NCBI GenBank assembly: GCA_965649765.1
Contig: OZ287748.1
Location: forward strand, 73,842,001-73,906,000
Reading direction: 5' to 3'
Length of the DNA: 64,000 nt
Source: Bispira polyomma
Taxonomy: Eukaryota
Part shown: piece by piece, positions 38,401 through 45,261 of the stretch
Numbering within the stretch: position 1 is the stretch's first letter
Layout of the letters: each line of letters starts with the position of its first letter
The notes under the pieces: generated by a model
What the model was told of the DNA's origin: nothing
Database searches by the model: none
What the model saw: only the letters and a program-made list of their open reading frames with translations
Made by a program: the position numbers and the translations under genes

Positions 38401-41301
38401 TCCCTTGTTGGGGCTAGAACGCACCAAGGATGTTTTATTAGATAGGTTATGGTGTATAATACAAGAAATATGTCAATACACCAGAGGAGGGGGGTAGGGT
38501 TACTTATAAGCTAACTTCACCACTGTCCTCCGAGTCAAGTCAACACACATTGGACCTTGTCTACTACATTGACATTGCTATAAAGGACACCACATTTTAT
38601 ACACCTGTTTCACATTCTCAATGGTCTTCTGAATAGCAAGGGTTCTTTTTAAAAATAGAGTCTCTATATATAATAGAGACGGGGGCTCACCCTAACATTT
38701 AAGAGGTGACTGGTGGTGGGGTAACTTTCTATCTCGTTTGAACTCTTCCCTTCTCCTAAACTCTTAAGTTAGTTTCTGTGTTGTCATGTAAACAGATATA
38801 TATATATCTAAATCAAACATCAAAATACATTCAAATCAGTTTTCCTATTTCAAAATCTGTACATAAAATACTAATTTAAAATAAAAGCCATTTTAGATAC
38901 CTGATATTGTTTTTTTGAAAACACGCAAGATTTTGTAAGAAATTTTTTTTTTGTTTGGCACATTAGGTATAGACTTGAAACTTGTAGCATGTTTCCCTCC
39001 AAAGCACAGATTGCAGCTGCTCTGGTGTACTATATGACAAAGGTAAGCTCTATGTGGAACTAGTGGTTCTGAAGTAATACTCGACAACAATCAGGGTCAC
39101 TTGGGCCAAATATTCAACAACTTTCTAATTGATCCATGTGTACGTTGGCTTGGGCAAATGCATAATTTATCAATTAACTATTTATGATGCATCTCTCCTC
39201 CTTCAATGCTGGGCAGAGATGGGGTAGATAGTAGTAAAGGGTGGGTTTGATGTTTTGAGTAGGGCTTTTTAAAAACACAGATTCCAGTGTTTGTATTTAT
39301 AGGTTAACTATGTGTATGTATGTTGTATCAATGTGGTGTTGGACAGTACTTACAATAGGTGGGAGAGGTATAGGTCACTGGGTTTGTTAAAACACCCTTT
39401 TGATTTCTCCATACTAACCACTCATTGCCAACCGATTCTTAGACCAAATAAAAAGTACCGCATTTTTGCTCTTAATTAAGCAAATAAGTGGTGTTTATTG
39501 TAGCGTTACGAACGGCTTTAACATACATTTTTTTCCCAAACCTCATTGACAATTATATGCTACGGATAGTCAATTTTGATTGTTAATCAGCTAAGAAGTC
39601 ACTGTGTAACATGCTTACACAACTTGTAGTTATTGATACGATCAGATCAGTGATACATTGAATAAATAACTCCACACAAACTTGATAATTAAATAATTCC
39701 ACAAAATTACATTCATGATAATTTAATACATAATGAAGATAGATAATATATTTATAAACTTAAATCAGTCATGACATTACTAATAATGTGATGAACAAAT
39801 CCAGTGGGTTGACTTTCTTTTTACAGAACTCCTCACCTTTGGTAATTCTAGATTATCTACAGATGCTTACTAAAATAAATTTTTTATCAAACTAAGTTTG
39901 CAATCCCACTAAATATTTTCATAGAATTTTTATTAGTTAACAATTTAAACACAATTAAAAGGTACTAATTACAAAGTATTAAATCCAATTAAAAATAATT
40001 TAGAAGCTTGGATGTTTTGTTTCCAAAGTAATAATTTAAGAATAAAAATTATGTCCAAATGTTTTATTAGTATTATTTATGTAATTATATTTTAATAAAA
40101 TCACATTAGCAAATTGCAAGAAATGGAATTTTATATAAGGAAGAATCTGAATAACCAACTAAAATACTAGTTATATCAATAAAAATTAAATGATAGATTT
40201 TACATCCAGAAACTCTGCACTTTAAAGTTTGGTTTAAAAGTAGGTATAGGCTTATAACAAATAAATACAAGCATATGAAACAAACTTATTATTTTTTTAG
40301 CAAAAGAAGTGTGTGTAATTTTCCCAAGTAAACTGTTTTTTACAGAACTCCTCACCTTTTTGCAAAGTAATGTTCATTGTTTCTTGTGTTTGTAACAGAT
40401 TAAATATAAAATACTTAGCACCTTTTGTTATTCTTTAGTTTTAAAAAATATTTTTTTAAACTGAAAGAATGAGAATATTGCAATATATATAATAAGGGAT
40501 CATTTGTGAAAGCATAGTTCAATGTTCTTCTGAAAGAAACATACAATTTTGGGTGAATACTCTTATTTTGACATAGTGGAAAACTTTTCTTGCTCTTATA
40601 ATATCTGAATCCTCAGTATTAAAAAATTCAAAATTTTAATGATTTCATTAACATCAGTGTACCTTGATCTCACAAAAAACTAAGGGACCCAGTATAAATA
40701 TTTCCTTGTTAGTAATTTACACTCAAATCATGTACAAGAGAAACACATTAGTAATGGAATATTTCCTTGGTATACCAGCAACCGAACTGTATTTGAAACC
40801 ACCTCTAAGTAAGCAAACGTTTTTACAACTTGTCCACTTTTATCAATTTGCACTGAAAATCTGTCAATGAGTTTATTAATCTGTTATGTGTTATTAACGA
40901 GTATTGAGGGCAAAATGAAGCCAAATGGACTGTTTTCTCTAAGAAAAAATCAACTCAAAGGAAGATTACATAGCACTTTTGTTTCAGGAAACTAACCTGT
41001 ACTTGTGACTATTCGTTTTAATAGAGCTTTCTATGTTGAATTAAAATATGCAGTCAGACTTCATGTATTCTATAACTGTCTTACTTAGAAATAATCTGTA
41101 CCTGTGACTATTCATTTTAATAGAGCTTTCAGTGCTGAATTCAAATTTGTAGTCAGAGTTAATGTATCTCTCCTCATGATAGAGATATTAGAATATTAGG
41201 AGTTGAGCTTGACAATTAGAATTTTTTTTATAAAGACAATAATTGTGAGTGTTGACTTACGGTTTTACAGTTCTACGTCTCCTCTTTGTGGCATACATCA
41301 T
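1..41301 (-). CDS. AHR: Aryl hydrocarbon receptor (bHLH-PAS transcription factor), spliced CDS over 10 exons, 3'-partial. join(41301-41261,30651-30464,15678-15560,13637-13548,13277-13142,7929-7856,5572-5379,2614-2508,1312-1171,579-<1)
   Basis: Manual splicing gives an uninterrupted frame of 1670 nt. Diagnostic motifs: [35 protein letters not shown]...LDKLSVLRL (bHLH), [10 protein letters not shown] and [15 protein letters not shown] (PAS-A), [19 protein letters not shown] and [23 protein letters not shown] (PAS-B). All nine introns are GT..AG with compatible phases (2,1,0,0,1,0,2,1,2). Confidence 0.96.
1171..1312 (-). CDS. AHR: AHR exon 9, PAS-B/PAC (142 nt)
   Basis: gttactag|TA ATT AAG ... 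CAT CTC AC|gtaaga. Encodes [46 protein letters not shown](T). Confidence 0.97.
2508..2614 (-). CDS. AHR: AHR exon 8, PAS-B (107 nt)
   Basis: ttttctatag|G GGA AAA ... CAA GAA T|gtaagt. Encodes [35 protein letters not shown](L). The ORF track shows only a spurious + strand ORF here. Confidence 0.96.
3180..3404. mobile_element. Unclassified MITE with about 45-bp terminal inverted repeats
   Basis: TAGAGTAAGGAATCTCAAATTTGCCACTGTATCTGAAATTCACCA ... TGGCGAATTTCAGATACAGTGGCAAATTTTAGATTCTTTACTCTA, with few mismatches. No clear TSD. Confidence 0.7.
4924..4957 (+). repeat. Poly-G tract (G-quadruplex-capable); similar G/C runs at about 8868-8895, 11040-11055, 11422-11435, 22117-22141, 22346-22364 and 43480-43494
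   Basis: Direct inspection: G19-A-G4-A-G9. Confidence 0.8.
4963..5367. mobile_element. Two adjacent MITE family A copies/fragments, forward orientation (about 4963-5125 and 5160-5367)
   Basis: The core GAAATAACCTACACTTGT(G/A)ACCATTCATTTT(T)AATAGAG is present twice (about 5041 and 5252), plus a partial internal duplication at 5084-5120. Confidence 0.65.
5379..5572 (-). CDS. AHR: AHR exon 7, end of PAS-A and start of PAS-B (194 nt)
   Basis: atttacag|ACA CTA GAA ... GAT CCA AG|gtgaga. Encodes [64 protein letters not shown](R). Confidence 0.96.
7324..7601. mobile_element. MITE family A copy, reverse orientation
   Basis: GGGGTTCCGTATTTCATAACAAAGG ... AAATCTGACTCCATATTCAAATTCCTGGCTGAAAGCTCTATTAAAATG ... 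TACAGGCC. Confidence 0.6.
7856..7929 (-). CDS. AHR: AHR exon 6, PAS-A C-terminal strand (74 nt)
   Basis: tgtcttttcag|AA AAC TCT ... TTC ATT|gtgagt. Encodes (E)[24 protein letters not shown]. Not in the ORF track. Confidence 0.96.
8097..8202. repeat. Perfect 35-bp inverted repeat with 36-nt spacer (hairpin)
   Basis: ATTTTCATATAAATAGACAAATTGACAGTGTACAT (8097-8131) is the exact reverse complement of 8168-8202. The outer ATATATGTTG/CAACATATAT pair extends it imperfectly. Confidence 0.9.
8453..8482. repeat. (TA)n microsatellite; others at about 4308-4330, 23562-23580, 46163-46182 and 63882-63902
   Basis: Direct inspection. Confidence 0.9.
8498..8703 (-). mobile_element. Degenerate tRNA-derived SINE
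   Basis: The minus strand has a B-box-like GTGGGTTTGAATC (8683-8671), a central GGTGGTTT...GATTTCCTGCACCA segment resembling the V-SINE/mollusc SINE body, and a (TAATC)3 simple-repeat tail at 8513-8498. Confidence 0.55.
13142..13277 (-). CDS. AHR: AHR exon 5, PAS-A (136 nt)
   Basis: tttttcacag|TCT GAC ... CTG CCA G|gtgagt. Encodes [45 protein letters not shown]. Confidence 0.96.
13548..13637 (-). CDS. AHR: AHR exon 4, PAS-A start (90 nt)
   Basis: tttcag|GCA GCG TCA ... CAT CAG|gtctgt. Encodes [30 protein letters not shown]. Confidence 0.96.
15560..15678 (-). CDS. AHR: AHR exon 3, His-rich bHLH-PAS linker (119 nt)
   Basis: ttttgtttacag|CT GGT CTA ... GTA CTA CAG|gtatgg. Encodes (A)[39 protein letters not shown], in a different frame from the ORF-track entry. 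Phase 1 in and phase 0 out bridges exons 2 and 4 exactly. It ends in ..VLQ|A, like the ..LLQ|AL junction of other AHRs. Confidence 0.9.
24555..24655 (-). mobile_element. tRNA-derived SINE head remnant
   Basis: Minus strand GCACTGTTGGTCGGCATAAGACTCCTGATTGGGAGGTTGTGAGGTCAAGTGCC has A/B-box-like spacing. It is followed by TTCGAGCAAGGTGTTAAC, resembling the CTTGGGCAAGGCACTTAAC motif of CORE-type SINEs. Highly degenerate. Confidence 0.35.
27266..27516. mobile_element. MITE family A (about 250 bp, PIF/Harbinger-like guess), full-length degenerate copy, reverse orientation
   Basis: Imperfect TIRs GGCCGTATTCCTGAAAGA ... TCTTTAGAGAATACAGGC. The internal core TCTGACTTCATATTTGAATTCAGCGCTGAAAG...ATTAAAATGAATAGTCACAAGT is shared with at least 7 other copies in the window. 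Confidence 0.7.
30464..30651 (-). CDS. AHR: AHR exon 2, bHLH domain (188 nt)
   Basis: ttcccacag|T GTG AAG CCA ... TTC AGA G|gttggt. Encodes [62 protein letters not shown]. Confidence 0.97.
35341..35597. mobile_element. MITE family A copy, reverse orientation
   Basis: Begins GGGTCTGTATTCTTTAAAGG. Core AATCTGGCTACATATTTGAGTTCCTTGCTGAAAGCCCAATTAAAATGAATG. Confidence 0.6.
36141..36402. mobile_element. MITE family A copy, forward orientation, possible TGA target-site duplication
   Basis: Reads tga|GGCCCTGTATTCTCCAAAGA ... TTTTTGGGTGAATATGGTATC|tga, with core AAATAACCTGCACTTGTAACCATTTATTTTAAAAGAGCTTT. Confidence 0.7.
40975..41235. mobile_element. MITE family A copy with tandemly duplicated core, forward orientation
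   Basis: The core (AA)CCTGTACTTGTGACTATTC.TTTTAATAGAGCTTTC...GAATT.AAAT.TG.AGTCAGA occurs twice (about 40990 and 41090). It ends about 25 nt from the exon 1 donor. Confidence 0.65.
41261..41301 (-). CDS. AHR: AHR coding exon 1 ([14 protein letters not shown]; N-terminal basic NLS/DNA-contact segment)
   Basis: Minus strand reads ATG ATG TAT GCC ACA AAG AGG AGA CGT AGA ACT GTA AAA CC|GTAAGT. This is a consensus donor in phase 2, matching the phase-2 acceptor of exon 2. YATKRRRR matches the conserved AHR N-terminal YAxRKRR motif. An in-frame upstream stop (TAA) sits at 41349-41347. Absent from the ORF track. Confidence 0.92.
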
Positions 41302-41573
41302 TTCATACCCTTGTATTTCTATTTGATTATAATACACAAGTCTCTTTTACTCATTTATTTAGCAGAGAAAGAAAAACAAATGTAATATTAAATGTTTCTC
41401 TGGCCTCTTTTTTGATCACAAGAGCAATAAATAAACCAAAAAACAAAAAATTACAAAATGACTTTTTATCAAACACAATGCAGCAATAATTTAACTTTAT
41501 GCAGATGATCCACCACTTTTTTCATGGTATCTCAGTGTATGTACACTAATGTTTATCCTTCCATGTCATATCA

Positions 41574-41580
41574 CACGCAA
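41574..41580 (-). promoter_or_regulatory. Consensus XRE/DRE (TTGCGTG) between candidate promoter and start codon
   Basis: Plus-strand CACGCAA reads TTGCGTG on minus, the AHR:ARNT core consensus TNGCGTG. Function is untested. Confidence 0.3.
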
Positions 41581-41989
41581 TGTTATGTTACCCCATCTCA
41601 GCAAATAGAGTCGTTAAAATATTTTATGCAATCGAGTAATTCAGCTAAATCACATCATTCTCTCATATTTTTTTTGATAATCCTATGAACTGGTAAAATG
41701 CATTAGGTGTTGTGCTCTTTTTTATAATACTTGTCTCCACAGCTTTCTCCAGAAGTATTAGCAAGTTGTTGTCACACACACTCACACACCCATCAGCACA
41801 CAATATAAATATACTGCCTCCCCCTCATAAATGTTTTGACCAGAGTATTAAAATAATGTGGGTCAAAATCCGGTAAACAATTTTCTCCCGTCAAACATGC
41901 AATGCTCTGCCATGCAATCTGCTTCATGAAATGTACTTTTGCCACACTTAAAGTTGCATGTTAAAATCTAATTTTCAGCTTTTCCACCA

Positions 41990-42130
41990 TTGATCGTGCA
42001 AGTAATTCTCAGCAAGCCCCCTGTGACTCCGCCTACTTTGAGGCTTTTCAGCCAATCAGAGGAGAGCACTATAGAAACACCTCCACCACTCAGAGTGATC
42101 GTGGGCCGACCTAAAAAGGAATTGGCCAAA
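41990..42130 (-). promoter_or_regulatory. Candidate AHR core/proximal promoter
   Basis: Local GC-richer island about 700-830 nt upstream of the ATG. It has an NF-Y consensus AGCCAATCAG (42050-42059), a second ATTGG (42121-42125), a GC-box-like CTCCGCCT (42027-42034), TGACTC (42024-42029) and two copies of TGATCGTG (41991-41998, 42096-42103). The TSS cannot be determined from sequence. Confidence 0.5.
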
Positions 42131-44787
42131 TAAGGAGAGGAGGACTGACTGCTTTACCAGGGTATACAAAGAGAGATTCCTTTCCACTGCAGCTCACAGG
42201 GAGCTGACCTAAAGAGATAATGATTATCTCGTAAAAAAAATAACCAAAGCACAGCAAGGGTTCTTTTTTGGGGAGGTCAATAAATAATAAAATATAGAGA
42301 GCCATATAAATTGTTGTTGTGTTGGTTTGAGTTATAGAGGTTATAGAGTATACCATAAAACATCAATGGGTTACAAAAATTAGGATATAAAGCAATGAAA
42401 TACTGCTTGATTTTATACATTTAGTGCAAAAAAACAATAGGCATTTTGAACATTGTAGTTTAATTTTGTAGACAAGCTTACTATTTCGACATTTAAGCTT
42501 GAAAAGTATGAACAATAATATAACAATATAGTGTATGTTTATGGTATTTACTTTTTCTTCCCAAACATAAAACTAAACCTAGCCAAATTGTCCATGTCTA
42601 GTGAAATTATGTTCAGTTCCTTTAATTTCAATTTCTCTAACCAGCTGATTTCTGAATACACTAACCAATAACCTCTATAACCAAACTGTAAAGTAATATT
42701 CTTTACACAGTATCTCTTAATTCATAAGGTATGTACAGTAGGAAATATATTGAGGAAGCCCATACTTTAGTAATAGCTCATCTCCAATTCAGACCCCTGA
42801 AGTAGAAACTCAAGAAAGCAGGAGAAACATCTCTAGTCAAACTGAATTTCCACTAAACAGGGTAGAATGTTAAGGAACATGCCTTTGTGTAGGACTACAA
42901 ATTTTCTTCACGTAAAATAGAAAGGCCGTAACATAGTTCTACTTAAAGGGATTGACTGTATATTTAACATTTTAAACCACATTCTCTCATAACAGCCCAT
43001 TCCCTATGTTTTCTTTAGTCTTGACCTATAACAGCCCATGGGCTTTTAATGAGAATAATAATATTCCAGGGGTCAACTAACTGCACAAAGTCGATATGTT
43101 ATGTGAAAAGTTTTTTCAAAATATAATTTTTTTTAGAACTTCTCTGCAATTAATTTTCACAAGTCTATTAGCTATGTTGTTCAATTGAAATACCAGTACA
43201 AGTTTAAATTTTCATTGGGAAGTAATTTTCAATATCTCTGCACACATTAGCTAAAATACTAAAGTCTTGGGGAATATATTTTAACTGATACAGTAAATTT
43301 TGAGTTCTAACAACATGATTAATTTGGAATATTAATAGTGGCCAAATTAGAGATAACTTAATCTCTCACACAAAGCTATATCATTTTGAACAAGATATTG
43401 TTTTTTAGAATATGCGGCCACAAAACAGTAGAAGGTCTATCAAGCCGCAAAGTCAGTCCTGTGTGTTTTTTTTTCTGTACCCCCCCCCCCCCCCTTCCAC
43501 ACACACACACTGCATGTTTAAAGGGCTCAAAGCCTCTCTCTCTGGAGACGTCAAGATACCATGCCACCCTATAATTCCCTGTCTTTTTGCCCCAGGGTGA
43601 AAACATGTTGCCCCTAATCACAAAGGTACAGGGGGCTGGGTTAGTCAATTATCGCTGTAATGCTTAACTGGAGAAATCAAGTGACACACTCAATGTTTGT
43701 TGGTATTATATTTAGATACAGGTTGTATAAACAATAACATTAAAAATGATGACTAGCTACAAATTTAGTATATAATTTCAACCACAAGAACTAAACATCA
43801 ATAGTTTTTCTTGATGGCATATATATATATATCAGAAAGACTTTCAATAGTTTATGAAATCTGATCGATATATTTTATCATTATTATATCTAAATGCTTT
43901 TATTGGTGACTTGACTACCACCATTGTTCCACTGTGATTGAGATGGGAGCCAGTGATGTGTGTAAAGATAATTGTGTAGAAGTGATTACAAATATTAATT
44001 ATACTCTTTTATTTTACTACTATTTTGTAATTTTATTTACCAAAGTGTATATCTTCAAGGCCAGGCTTTACATAGAAATAGTTCATTTATTTAATGGAAA
44101 CTTTGGAAAGCAGTAAGAGATTAGCCAGCTGCTTACTGTAGTACCCCATGTGTTCATCCCTGAGGGGGGACAGAAGGGGGTGGGGGGGATGGGTGAAGGG
44201 AACTGGGATTTAGGGGCACCATTAACCGTGACCTCATTCAATAGAAAATATATTGTTGTTTTGTTCTGTTTTGCATTTTTCACCTGCCTTATTGATGCAA
44301 AGCATCATCAAAAGCACAACAACAAAATCAGTTAACCAATCGAGAAGTCAACAAAAAACATAACCTTGTTTGTAAGGAAGGATGTGGGGGTATACAGGCG
44401 GGAAACTACAGGGGGATAAGCAAGTTTGAAGAGATAGGTTATAACTTTTCTTCTAAACCCAGAAAGTACTTTTTGGGGTGATCTAATCTCAACTGGGAGA
44501 CTATTCTATAAAACATAGGGGCCAGCAATAGAGAAAGCTTTAGATCCAGCCAGCTCTCTTGGTGGGTTTAGAAACTACATGTAGGCTGAGTTTGATGTTT
44601 ACTTTGTGAACAGCAAGGCATATTATACTGAAAGTATAAGGCAAAAACAACAATAAATTTAATAAAGTAGAACCTCTGTTATCTGAATATTCAGTTATTT
44701 GTGTATTTCATTCCCCCAAACTTACATTTTACTATTGTTTTATGTACTAAAATTCATCTTTTATTTGATCAACCATCTATTATCACA

Positions 44788-44992
44788 ACAACACCTCGCT
44801 GTACCGTATACATATGTAAGGGCTTAATAGACATGACTTACCTGTATTTTCATTATACTGCTTTATGACCTTAGTGCATGTTGAATACACTTAAACATAC
44901 AAGATTTACAGTTTGGACTTTAACTAATTTCAATTCTAAAAAGGTAAAAAATTAACCCTGCTCTTGAAGAGCAACTCAAAGAGATATTACCA
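44788..44992 (+). repeat. About 200-bp segment duplicated in direct orientation at 50171-50373
   Basis: Both copies read ACAACACCT.GCTGTACCGTATA...GTAAGGGCTTAATAGACATG...ATGACCTTAGTGCATGTTGAATACACTTAAACATACAAGATTTACAGTT...CTGCTCTTGAAGAGCA.CTCAAAGA.ATATTACCA, roughly 90% identical by eye. Confidence 0.9.
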
Positions 44993-45096
44993 ACATGTTT
45001 TACTCACAACAGTGTTTGGAATAGAAGTTCTGCTGTTTAACACAGCTAAGTAGTTGAATAATAACTACCATTTTGTATACAGCATTAATGTAAATA

Positions 45097-45261
45097 CAGT
45101 CAAACCCCAGTTGACTCAATTTTCATTTTTTTGCGGAATCAAATTTGTAATCCCATAGAAAGCCTTTTTTTAACAATCTACCCTGTTAAATAGAAATCCT
45201 GCTTTAGAAGAAGTATTTATTAGTTGGTCCCTTGAGGTTCCACTCAAAGGGGGTTTAACTG
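45097..45261. mobile_element. MITE family C (Tc1/mariner-like, TIR CAGT(C/T)AAACCCC)
   Basis: ta|CAGTCAAACCCC ... GGGGTTTAACTG, with core AATCTACCCTGTTAA.TAGAAATCCTGCTT. Related pieces lie at about 2709-2740, 15710-15858, 33768-33919, 42786-42958, 60645-60725 and 60960-61052. Confidence 0.65.

Noticed and set aside
2668-41580. Window-wide enrichment of XRE (TNGCGTG) sites; seen at 2668, 11791, 15930, 24067, 27339, 38922 and 41574
   Set aside because: A rough composition-based expectation for both strands of 64 kb is several to about ten sites, so seven is not enrichment. Only the promoter-proximal one is kept, on positional grounds.
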